Of a stretch of DNA of 29,487 bases, positions 8,248 through 16,895 are shown in pieces. This DNA comes from a bacterium (GTDB lineage Bacteria; DUMJ01): contig JBMFMV010000017.1 of NCBI GenBank assembly GCA_049970495.1, positions 1 through 29,487 of the forward strand, written 5' to 3'. The notes below the pieces were generated by a model. That model was not told the origin of the DNA, made no database searches, and worked only from the letters and a program-made list of their open reading frames with translations. Position 1 is the first letter of the stretch; each line of letters begins with the position of its first letter. Both the position numbers and the translations under genes were made by a program.

Positions 8248-8769
8248 TTGGTTGTAAAAAGGACAATATATATAGCGCTTCTTGCTGGATTAAGTATAGT
8301 TCTTACAAGGATTCTGTCCATAAGAATCCCTATAGGAGGCATAGAAGGGGTGAGAATAGGGTTTGGCCCATTGCCAATAATTATTGCTAGCTTCCTCCTT
8401 GGACCAATAGAAGGGGCTTTATGTGGAGCAATTTCTGATGTATTAGGGTACTTTATAAATCCTATGGGTCCATATGTCCCTGCATTTACTATAATCTCGG
8501 CAATAAGAGGAATACTACCAGGGCTTTTAACTATTAAAAATGAGAGATTATCATTCAAAGACTACCTTTTTGCAATAGCTATAACACAGGGTTTCACATC
8601 TATATTACTTGTTCCTCTAAGTTTAAATATTTTACTAGGACTCCCTTTAAAACCAGTCCTTATACCTGCTATCATATCACAAGCCTTTTTAATTCCTACA
8701 TATAGCTTTTTATCTATGGAAATAATTAATATCCTCTTATACAGATTTAAGGTACCAATACAAAGGTAA
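8248..8769 (+). CDS. folT: Folate-family ECF transporter S component
   Basis: About 170-aa hydrophobic protein with 'ALLAGLSIVLTR', 'RIGFGPLPIIIASFLLGP..G..CGAISDVLGYFINP.GPY.P.FT', the FolT signature. AAGGAGG RBS; folD and the cyclo-ligase lie downstream. Confidence 0.85.
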   Translation: MVVKRTIYIALLAGLSIVLTRILSIRIPIGGIEGVRIGFGPLPIIIASFLLGPIEGALCGAISDVLGYFINPMGPYVPAFTIISAIRGILPGLLTIKNERLSFKDYLFAIAITQGFTSILLVPLSLNILLGLPLKPVLIPAIISQAFLIPTYSFLSMEIINILLYRFKVPIQR

Positions 8770-8791
8770 TAAATAGGAGGTTTATTCTAGG

Positions 8792-9583
8792 ATGGGAGAA
8801 GTTAAGCTTATAATTCATGGAGGAGCAGGAGATATCCCTGAAGATGTACTTAAGATCTATCAGAAGAATTTGGAAAATATATGGGGGGTAGGTTACAAAC
8901 TCTTAGAGGATGGATGGGATTCTCTTTCAGTTGTAGAAAAAGTAATAACTCTTATGGAAGATAGTGGAGTATTTGATGCAGGCATAGGTTCTTTTCCTAA
9001 CAAAGAAGGTTATATAGAGATGGACGCTAGTATTATGACTTCTAATGGAAGAGCAGGGGCGGTTGGTGGAGTTAGAACGATAAGGAACCCTATTAGACTT
9101 GCTAGACTAGTTATGGAGGAGACTCCCCATGTTATGCTGGTTGGCGAAGGAGCAGAGAGATTTGCAGAGAGGTATAATCTCCCTCCTTTTATCCCTAAAG
9201 AAACTCGTAGTAAATTTTCAACAGATACTGTGGGAGCAGTAGCCATGGACAAAAGGAAAATTATATCTGCAGGTACGTCTACCGGTGGTATAAAGGGAAA
9301 GCTTCCTGGTAGAATAGGCGATAGTCCTATTATATCTGCAGGAACATATGCATCATTCTGGGGAGGAGTGTCTGCTACGGGCTTAGGAGAAGATATAATA
9401 AAGTTTGGATTAGCAAAAAAGATAGATATACTGTTGAGGCAATTTTCAGCGCAAGAAGCGGTGGATATGGTAGTAAATGAAGGGAAGACGAAAGGACTAG
9501 AATTTGGTGTTATTGTGTTAGATAGAAATGGTAATATAGGGGTAGGTTATACTACTAAATCTATGGCTTGGTATCCGAGATGA
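8792..9583 (+). CDS. Isoaspartyl peptidase / L-asparaginase family (Ntn hydrolase, Asparaginase_2)
   Basis: 'IIHGGAG', 'EMDASIM', 'NPIRLARLVM', autoprocessing site 'STD|TVGAVA' (Thr146), 'TSTGG', 'GRIGDSP', 'SATGLGE'. Confidence 0.9.
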   Translation: MGEVKLIIHGGAGDIPEDVLKIYQKNLENIWGVGYKLLEDGWDSLSVVEKVITLMEDSGVFDAGIGSFPNKEGYIEMDASIMTSNGRAGAVGGVRTIRNPIRLARLVMEETPHVMLVGEGAERFAERYNLPPFIPKETRSKFSTDTVGAVAMDKRKIISAGTSTGGIKGKLPGRIGDSPIISAGTYASFWGGVSATGLGEDIIKFGLAKKIDILLRQFSAQEAVDMVVNEGKTKGLEFGVIVLDRNGNIGVGYTTKSMAWYPR

Positions 9584-10572
9584 AAAAATACTATATATCA
9601 CAGCTTAGAGAAGGGATCCTTTTAGAAAAGGTACCATTCGTAGTCTTAAAGAAGTCTATCGGATCTAATAAGAACGGAAGAACTTCTCTTATCCTTACAT
9701 TAGGAGATAAAACGGGTTCTATACTTGCTAGAAGATGGGACTATGAAGGTAAGGATATAGCTATAGGGGTAGTCTATGAGGTCAGCGGTAGAGTTATCAT
9801 ATATAACAACAATACAGAGATAGCTCTAGAAAATATAAGCCCTACAAATCATTTTGATCCAAAAGATTTCATTCCTCAGAGTCCAAGAGACCCTTTAGCA
9901 CTATTGAAAGACATCAAAAGGATAGTAGATACAGTAGAAGACCGAGGTATAAAAGAAATCATCGAATCATTTCTAAACGATGAAAAGTTTCTGAAAAACT
10001 TTCTCCTCGCACCTGCTGGCAAGGTAATACATCACGCATATATTGGAGGACTCATAGAACATACATGGGAAGTATGTAAGATTGCATTAACAGCAGGAGA
10101 GATGTATCCTGAGATGAATAGAGACCTAATAATAGCTGGATCTATTCTCCATGATATAGGTAAAGTAGATGAGCTAACATACAGTACTCAGATTGAATAC
10201 TCTACCAAGGGTAGACTCCTAGGACATATATTTATAGGCGCTATTGCAGTAAAGGAGAGAGCCAGAAATATAGTGGCATTATCTCCCTCCTACCTTCAAC
10301 AGCTATTACATATAATACTTAGTCACCACGGAGATTATTCTACAGGATCTCCTATCTTACCCATGACTCTCGAAGCAGAAACGGTTCACAGGGCGGATTA
10401 TCTAAGTGCTCAGGTAAATAGATTTTATAATATACTTAAGGATAAACCTGAAGAACGATGGGTAAAGGGAGATAATCTATTAGGAAGGCAACTATATAAG
10501 AGTAAGATAAAGAATCTAACTGTAGAAGAGATAATAATGTCGGAGATAGAGAGACTTGAGGAGGAAGAATAA
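9580..10572 (+). CDS. yhaM: OB-fold + HD-domain 3'-5' exoribonuclease (YhaM/CBF1-like)
   Basis: OB-fold 'LTLGDKTGSILARRWD', then 'HHAYIGGLIEHT', 'LHDIGKV', 'GRLLGHI', 'HIILSHHG'. Start placed at ATG 9580 (ATGA overlap with the upstream stop) rather than TTG 9568. Confidence 0.87.
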   Translation: MKKYYISQLREGILLEKVPFVVLKKSIGSNKNGRTSLILTLGDKTGSILARRWDYEGKDIAIGVVYEVSGRVIIYNNNTEIALENISPTNHFDPKDFIPQSPRDPLALLKDIKRIVDTVEDRGIKEIIESFLNDEKFLKNFLLAPAGKVIHHAYIGGLIEHTWEVCKIALTAGEMYPEMNRDLIIAGSILHDIGKVDELTYSTQIEYSTKGRLLGHIFIGAIAVKERARNIVALSPSYLQQLLHIILSHHGDYSTGSPILPMTLEAETVHRADYLSAQVNRFYNILKDKPEERWVKGDNLLGRQLYKSKIKNLTVEEIIMSEIERLEEEE

Positions 10573-10595
10573 TATGGAAAAGAAGGGAAAACTAT

Positions 10596-11438
10596 ATGGC
10601 TAAAATAATAGATGGGAAGAAAATAGCAGAAGATATCTATAAAGAGCTTAAAGAAGAAGTGAGTAATCTTAGAGATAAACCTGGATTAGCGGTAGTGCTG
10701 GTTGGGGATGACCCTGCATCCCTAGTTTATGTGAGAAACAAAGAGAAGGCTTGTAAGAGATTAGGCTTAAACTATAGATTGTTAAAGTTTCCTCAGACTG
10801 CAGATAAAAGTAATATATTATCTGCTTTAGAATCCCTAAATAAGGATAGAGAAATCAGTGGGATTATTATTCAAATTCCGCTACCTGAACATCTAGACCC
10901 TTTTGAGATTGTATCAGCTATAGATCCATTAAAAGATGTAGATGGGCTTCATCCTGACAATCTTGGTAGGCTTCTAAGCGGTAAACCTAGGATTGTACCA
11001 TGCACTCCATTGGGAGTTATTGAGTTACTAAAAAGGGAGAATATAGAAATTAGAGGCAAAACCGCAGTGATAGTTGGGAGGAGTAATCTTGTAGGGAAAC
11101 CCCTTTTCCATCTATTACTCTCTCTTGATGCGACGGTAATGGTATGCCACTCTAAGACAGCTAATTTAAAAAGAGAGACTTCTCGAGCAGATATACTTGT
11201 ATGTGCTGTAGGAGTGCCTAGACTTATAACTGTAGATATGGTGAAGGAAGGGGCTATTGTCATAGATGTTGGCATAAACAGAGTAGATGATAAACTTGTA
11301 GGGGATGTGGATTTTGAGAACGTTTCTAGAATTGCTGGAGGAATAACACCTGTTCCCGGTGGAGTTGGGCCTATGACGGTAGCAATGTTAATGAAGAATG
11401 TCATTACTTCTTATAAGTTACAAAAGGGTGAGATATGA
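10596..11438 (+). CDS. folD: Bifunctional methylene-THF dehydrogenase / methenyl-THF cyclohydrolase
   Basis: 'IIDGKKIA', 'PGLAVVLVGDDPAS..YVRNK', 'KDVDG', 'PCTP', 'GRSNLVGKP', 'DVGINR', 'TPVPGGVGPMT'. Confidence 0.97.
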   Translation: MAKIIDGKKIAEDIYKELKEEVSNLRDKPGLAVVLVGDDPASLVYVRNKEKACKRLGLNYRLLKFPQTADKSNILSALESLNKDREISGIIIQIPLPEHLDPFEIVSAIDPLKDVDGLHPDNLGRLLSGKPRIVPCTPLGVIELLKRENIEIRGKTAVIVGRSNLVGKPLFHLLLSLDATVMVCHSKTANLKRETSRADILVCAVGVPRLITVDMVKEGAIVIDVGINRVDDKLVGDVDFENVSRIAGGITPVPGGVGPMTVAMLMKNVITSYKLQKGEI

Positions 11439-11989
11439 ATATAACAAAGCTCAAGATAAGAGGAAGGATAAAGAGGCTATTCAAATTCTATCCAAGAGAG
11501 TTACTAGATAGATGGGGAGATATTATCCAAGAAGAAGTTATAAAACTTATAGAACCCTATAGGGTGATAATGAGCTATGTGAGTTTACCAAGTGAAGTTC
11601 CAACCTTTAAAATTTTAAAAAAGATATTGGGTGATAAAAAGATACTAGTAGTACCTAAGACAGTGGGTGAAGGTATTATTCCCGTTAGATTAGAAAATCT
11701 AGATGACCTATCGCCAGGGGCTTTTAATGTTCTAGAACCCTCCAGCTCTGAAAGTTACAATATTGAAAATCTTGAGGTCATTATAGTACCGGGTGTTGCC
11801 TTTAATACGAAACGTCATAGGATAGGGCATGGTAAGGGACATTTTGATAGATTCATAAAGTCTCTTCCAGATAAGGTATTAAAGGTTGGGCTTGCCTATG
11901 ATTTCCAAATAATAGATGAAGACTTTATAGATGAGTGGGATGAAGAGATGGATATTATAATTACTGAAAAAAGGAGGATTGAAAGATGA
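11435..11989 (+). CDS. 5-formyltetrahydrofolate cyclo-ligase
   Basis: 'VPGVAFN...RIGHGKGHFDRF', 'GLAYDFQI', 'WDEEMDIIITE'. ATGA overlap with folD. Confidence 0.9.
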   Translation: MNITKLKIRGRIKRLFKFYPRELLDRWGDIIQEEVIKLIEPYRVIMSYVSLPSEVPTFKILKKILGDKKILVVPKTVGEGIIPVRLENLDDLSPGAFNVLEPSSSESYNIENLEVIIVPGVAFNTKRHRIGHGKGHFDRFIKSLPDKVLKVGLAYDFQIIDEDFIDEWDEEMDIIITEKRRIER

Positions 11990-13338
11990 AAGTAATTATA
12001 GTTGGCGGTGGACCAGGTGGTTATGTAGCTGCGCTTAGAGGGGCACAGTTAGGATTAGATATTACTCTAATAGAAGAAGATAAAGTAGGAGGGGTCTGCC
12101 TTAATAGAGGATGTATTCCAACAAAGGCTCTTCTTTCAGCCAGCGAGAGGTTAAGTGATATAAAGGCATCTAAAGATTTTGGCATAAATGTAAATGGTTT
12201 TGATATAGATATAACTACCGTATTTAGGAGAAAGGACCAAGTAGTAGAACAGCTAGTTAGAGGAGTAGAGTATCTATTATCTACAAGAAAGGTAAAACTT
12301 ATAAAAGGTAGAGCTAAGATGCTTAGCAATACAGAGATAAGTATATCTAATGGAGAAATAGTAAAAGGAGATGCAATTATAATAGCTACAGGCTCCCTAC
12401 CTGTTACAAGTATAGGGAATATAAAGATAGATAATGATAGGGTCATTTCTAGTGACTATGCATTATCCACCCCGTATATTCCAAAAGATATAGTTATTGT
12501 TGGTGCAGGTGCCATTGGCGTAGAATTTGCTACGTTCTACAGAGATATGGGAGCTGAGGTAAGCATAGTAGAGATGATGCCTAGGGTTGTTCCTACTGAA
12601 GATGAGGAGATATCTAGAGTTCTTGAAAGGTCGCTCAAAAAGAAAGGTATAAAACTCTATCTAAACAACACAGTAAAAGAGATAACAGAAGACGGAGTAA
12701 TCTTAGAAAGTGGGGAACATCTTAAAGGAGAAAAGATTTTAATAGCAGTAGGAAGAAGACCTAATACAGATGGGTTAAGTATAGAGAGCCTCAGTATTAA
12801 GACGAATAATAAAGGATATATAGAAGTAAATGATTATCTAGAGACGAATATACCAAATATCTATGCTATAGGAGATGTAACAGGTATATCAATGTTTGCT
12901 CATGTTGCTTCACACCAAGGGCTAGTCGCTATAGAGAATATCTCTGGAAGGAAGAAGAAATTAAATTATAATGCTGTTCCAAGGGCAACATTCTGTGAGC
13001 CACAGATAGGTAGTATAGGTTTGACTGAAGAACAGGCAAGGGCTCAAGGGATAAATCCAATCATTGGTAAGTTCCCATTTAGGGCATTAGGATATGCCAT
13101 CTCCATAGGTAAATGGGAAGGGATGGTAAAGCTAGTGGCAGATGAGTCAAGAGAACTCATAGGAGCCCATGTTATAGGCCCATATGCCTCTATCCTGTTA
13201 GGAGAGATTAGCCTTGCAGTTACAAAGAGAATAAAACTAGAAGAATTAGCAGATACTATTCATGCTCACCCTACACTTCCAGAGGCAATTATGGAGGCAA
13301 GTTTTGCAGGTTTAAATTTACCTCTACATATTGTATAA
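11986..13338 (+). CDS. lpdA: Dihydrolipoyl dehydrogenase
   Basis: FAD motif 'GGGPGGYVAA', redox disulfide 'GGVCLNRGCIPTK', NAD motif 'GAGAIGVE', C-terminal 'HAHPTLPE'. Confidence 0.95.
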   Translation: MKVIIVGGGPGGYVAALRGAQLGLDITLIEEDKVGGVCLNRGCIPTKALLSASERLSDIKASKDFGINVNGFDIDITTVFRRKDQVVEQLVRGVEYLLSTRKVKLIKGRAKMLSNTEISISNGEIVKGDAIIIATGSLPVTSIGNIKIDNDRVISSDYALSTPYIPKDIVIVGAGAIGVEFATFYRDMGAEVSIVEMMPRVVPTEDEEISRVLERSLKKKGIKLYLNNTVKEITEDGVILESGEHLKGEKILIAVGRRPNTDGLSIESLSIKTNNKGYIEVNDYLETNIPNIYAIGDVTGISMFAHVASHQGLVAIENISGRKKKLNYNAVPRATFCEPQIGSIGLTEEQARAQGINPIIGKFPFRALGYAISIGKWEGMVKLVADESRELIGAHVIGPYASILLGEISLAVTKRIKLEELADTIHAHPTLPEAIMEASFAGLNLPLHIV

Positions 13339-13348
13339 TGGTATAGTT

Positions 13349-13765
13349 ATGAGAAGAAGAAAAAATATGATACTAAAAACTATAAAGGATAAAGGTCTCA
13401 AGATTACTCCACAGAGACAACTTATAGGTGAGGTATTGGACGGGAATAAGTCACACCCTAGTGCAGAGGATATCTATAAAAAGGTAGTAAGAATAGCTCC
13501 TACTGTCTCTATAGCTACTGTTTACAAAACGCTAAACAGCTTGGCAGACTTAGGTGTTATACAAAGATTAGATGTTGGAGATGGTAAGGCACACTTTGAT
13601 CCAGATATAACACCTCATAGTCACTTTGTCTGTCTAAAATGTAAAAAAATCTTTGATATTTCTAAGACAATTCCTCTCCCAGATCTAGGGGAGGACTTCA
13701 AAGTGGTAAGGGCACATGCTGTATACTATGGCTATTGCAAAAAGTGCCAAGAATCAGAAGAGTAA
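13349..13765 (+). CDS. Fur-family regulator, PerR-like
   Basis: 'ITPQR', 'HPSAEDIY', 'SIATVYKTL', 'FD...PHSHFVCLKC..IFD', C-terminal 'YGYCKKC'. This gives a PerR-type H/D/H/H/D site plus a Cys4 zinc site. The start is uncertain (ATG 13349 or 13367; the track's TTG 13331 is less likely). Confidence 0.88.
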   Translation: MRRRKNMILKTIKDKGLKITPQRQLIGEVLDGNKSHPSAEDIYKKVVRIAPTVSIATVYKTLNSLADLGVIQRLDVGDGKAHFDPDITPHSHFVCLKCKKIFDISKTIPLPDLGEDFKVVRAHAVYYGYCKKCQESEE

Positions 13766-14883
13766 ACTAATCTGCCATCTACATAAGTCCTTACTACATT
13801 AAAAGCTCTGTCTAAAACTACTATATCTGCCTTGTTCCCATAGGAGAAGCTACCTATAAAGGCTTCTCCTATGCTTTTAGCTGGGACTCTTGATGCCATT
13901 TCTATTACAAAGGGTAAAGGTATTTGAGCCTTATTTACCATATTTTTTACTGCGACATCTAACGTTAATGTGCTTCCTGCCAGTCTTCCATCTGGAAGTC
14001 TAGGGGCACCGCTTCTAACGGTAACCTTGAGTCCTCCAAGCTCATACTCTCCATCAGAAAGGCCGGTAGCGCTCATACTATCACTTATAAGGATGATATT
14101 CTCATACCCTTTTGTCCTGTAGGCAAGTCTTATAGCGGAGAAGTGTATATGTATTCCATCAGCAATAACTTGACACCTTAGAGAATCCTCTACAAGTCCA
14201 GCACCGATTATTCCTGGTTCTCGGTGATGAAAGGTCCTCATACCATTAAATAGATGGGTAATCTGGGTTGCACCAGCTATTACCGCCTTAATAGTATCTT
14301 CATATGTAGCATCAGAATGTCCTAGAGACACATAGATATCTTTATCTCTCAGATACCTTATAGCAGTAATAGCCCCTGAAACTTCAGGGGCTATAGTTAT
14401 AAGTCTTACTAATTTGGAAGCGGTAAGTTTCTCAAGTATTTCCTTGGTTGGCTCTACTATGTACTCTTCATTCTGCGCACCCTTATGTTTTGGATTTATA
14501 AATGGACCTTCCAAATGTATACCAAGTATCTTTGCCCCATTTTTATTTAAGTCTTTAGCGGTTTCTACTGCAGAGATAGCCCTTAATGTAGTATCTAAAT
14601 CAAGAGTAGTCGTTGTGGGTAAGAAAGAGGTAATCCCATGAGAAGCCAGGAATTCTGCCATCTTTACTATACCTTCCGGATTACAATCCATAACATCATA
14701 ACCTACTGCCCCGTGAGTGTGGATATCTACAAATCCTGGCACAATAAAACAATCGTCAAGGCTTTCTATCTGAATATTATCTGCCTCACGGGTAAGACTG
14801 TATATATGGTCGTCCTCTACAACTAAGACCCAATTATTAAGCATAATACCATTAGTTATTATATTCCCTCTTAACCCAAACAT
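13732..14883 (-). CDS. nagA: N-acetylglucosamine-6-phosphate deacetylase
   Basis: 'PGFVDIHTHG', 'GIHLEGPFI', 'GHSDA', 'THLFNGM', 'IADGIH', 'ISDSM', 'LAGSTL'. Confidence 0.95.
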   Translation of the reverse strand: MFGLRGNIITNGIMLNNWVLVVEDDHIYSLTREADNIQIESLDDCFIVPGFVDIHTHGAVGYDVMDCNPEGIVKMAEFLASHGITSFLPTTTTLDLDTTLRAISAVETAKDLNKNGAKILGIHLEGPFINPKHKGAQNEEYIVEPTKEILEKLTASKLVRLITIAPEVSGAITAIRYLRDKDIYVSLGHSDATYEDTIKAVIAGATQITHLFNGMRTFHHREPGIIGAGLVEDSLRCQVIADGIHIHFSAIRLAYRTKGYENIILISDSMSATGLSDGEYELGGLKVTVRSGAPRLPDGRLAGSTLTLDVAVKNMVNKAQIPLPFVIEMASRVPAKSIGEAFIGSFSYGNKADIVVLDRAFNVVRTYVDGRLVYSSDSWHFLQ

Positions 14884-15873
14884 CTATCCCTCCAGTGGAA
14901 GCTTTACAGGCTCTTTTAGTTCTATAGACTTATAAGCAGCTAAGGCAACCTCCATCGCCTTAAGCCCATCATAGCCTGTAACTTCTACTGGTTTATTCTC
15001 TCTTATAGAATCTATAAAACTCTTTATCATAAGAAAATCCATATTGGAACCCCAATCTATTAAAGACACAGACATTGTCTTATCGTTATATAGACTTAAA
15101 TTCTGATTGAATACCTCTATTTCAACCGTACCCTTCTCGGCAGACATATATATGTTAACATCGCCCCATATCGGGAAGGATTTCGGTCTAGACCAGCTTG
15201 TATCAATAGTGGCAAAGACTCCGTTCTCAAATAAGACACTAACTAGTCCTACATCATCTGAAGGTATATTATGTAATAATGTATCCCCCTCCGCATAGAC
15301 ATACTGGGCTTCACAACCTAAATACCATCTCAGTATATCCATAACATGAACGGTGTGGTCCATTATAGCTCCACCACCGGCAAGTGCTTTATCTACAAAC
15401 CAGCCTCCCGGCATCTTACCATGGTTTGTACAGTTAAAACCAAAAATCCTTCCAAACTCTCCCCTATCTATCATTCCTTTGACTCTTCTTATTGTAGGAG
15501 AAAATCTCACCGGGAAAGCTGTCTGGAGTTGAACCCCATACTTATTTACAGTTTCTATCATCTCTTTGGCGGACTTTATATCAATAGAGATAGGCTTTTC
15601 ACATAGTATATGTCTTTTTGCCTGGGCACTAGCTATAACCATATCCTTATGTTTTACATTTTCTGAACAGACAATTACAAAATCAACATCCTCCAACTTC
15701 AGAAGTTCCTGATAGTCCCTATAAAATCTAGTATTATATTTACTTGCCACTGACTTTCCTCTTTCTTCATCCTCATCTGCAATAGCAACTATTTCTACAT
15801 CTGGAATTCTCTTTAGACATTCTATATAGCTAAATGCATGCATATGGGCAAAACTTAGGATAGCTCCTTTCAC
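14884..15873 (-). CDS. Gfo/Idh/MocA family oxidoreductase (atypical 'SFAHMHA' nucleotide-binding loop)
   Basis: 'LCEKPI', 'AFPVRF', 'GGGAIMDHTVHVMD'. The GTG start overlaps the upstream TAG by 1 nt; GGAGGTG RBS. Confidence 0.9.
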   Translation of the reverse strand: MKGAILSFAHMHAFSYIECLKRIPDVEIVAIADEDEERGKSVASKYNTRFYRDYQELLKLEDVDFVIVCSENVKHKDMVIASAQAKRHILCEKPISIDIKSAKEMIETVNKYGVQLQTAFPVRFSPTIRRVKGMIDRGEFGRIFGFNCTNHGKMPGGWFVDKALAGGGAIMDHTVHVMDILRWYLGCEAQYVYAEGDTLLHNIPSDDVGLVSVLFENGVFATIDTSWSRPKSFPIWGDVNIYMSAEKGTVEIEVFNQNLSLYNDKTMSVSLIDWGSNMDFLMIKSFIDSIRENKPVEVTGYDGLKAMEVALAAYKSIELKEPVKLPLEG

Positions 15874-16871
15874 TATATATCACCTCCAACATTTACTGGT
15901 CTATTAGACCTAGCAGATTCGATGCATGCTAGAGCAATCTCTAAAGCCTTGTATGCATCTTCAGGGGTTATCAACGGTTCTTTATCCTCCTTTATGCATT
16001 GGACAAAATGCTTTATCTCTGTAAGATATGGACTCTCTGCTATCGGACTTTCCATCGAGAAACTATTAATTATATCGCCCTCTCTCATTATTCTCAGAGA
16101 TGTAGAAGAATAGTTATCGTATGTTAGCATCCCTTCTGTTCCTATAAGTTCATATCCAACCTTGAGGGGGGTCCCCGGTGGATTAGCCCAAGTAATCTCT
16201 ACGTGAGCCATTGCTCCAGATTTAAATCTAATAGTTGCAAGTCCATAGTCTTTGTGTAAGATATTCTTCCAAGTTAAAGCACTAGCATATACCCTTTCTA
16301 CGTCCCCAAATATCCATCTTAGAAAGTCAAAATCATGTATCCCTGTATCTACAAGGCATCCACCACTCATCTCTACTTTGGAGTACCAGTCATTCCACTT
16401 CCCTACAGGATAAGGGCCTCCCCTTCTCATCCTCGCCATCCTAGGGACTCCTATAACCCCTATATCTATGAGATTCTTAGCTGTAGCAAATTCCGGGAAG
16501 AATCTTAATACATGAGCAGTCATAAATTTTACATCCACTTCTCTTGCGGTTCTAACTATTTCTCTTGCAGATTCTAGCGTCCTAGCTATAGGCTTTTCAC
16601 ATATAGTATGTTTACCTGATTTCAGTGCGGAGATAACATCATCAGCATGAAAAGGTGTTGGGGTACATATGTCTATAATATCGATATCTGATCTTTTTAT
16701 CACATCAATGCTTGAATCAGAAACATCTGCACTATACATCTCTGCCAATGCCTCTGCCTTATCAACCTCTATATCACATATGACTTGAATCTTTACATCA
16801 TCTAACTTAGACCAACAATCTGCATGTACTCTACCCATTCCACCGGCACCAATAATTCCCACTTTTAACAT
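15873..16871 (-). CDS. Gfo/Idh/MocA family oxidoreductase
   Basis: 'VGIIGAGGMG', 'ICTPTPFH', 'ICEKPIA', 'SGGCLVDTGIHDFD'. Confidence 0.92.
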   Translation of the reverse strand: MLKVGIIGAGGMGRVHADCWSKLDDVKIQVICDIEVDKAEALAEMYSADVSDSSIDVIKRSDIDIIDICTPTPFHADDVISALKSGKHTICEKPIARTLESAREIVRTAREVDVKFMTAHVLRFFPEFATAKNLIDIGVIGVPRMARMRRGGPYPVGKWNDWYSKVEMSGGCLVDTGIHDFDFLRWIFGDVERVYASALTWKNILHKDYGLATIRFKSGAMAHVEITWANPPGTPLKVGYELIGTEGMLTYDNYSSTSLRIMREGDIINSFSMESPIAESPYLTEIKHFVQCIKEDKEPLITPEDAYKALEIALACIESARSNRPVNVGGDI

Positions 16872-16895
16872 GGTCTTCCCTTCCTTTCCTCTTAA

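Noticed and set aside
11400..11440. 6S RNA upstream of the 5-formyl-THF cyclo-ligase (common ssrS-ygfA linkage)
   Set aside because: The gene overlaps the folD stop, so there is no intergenic space.
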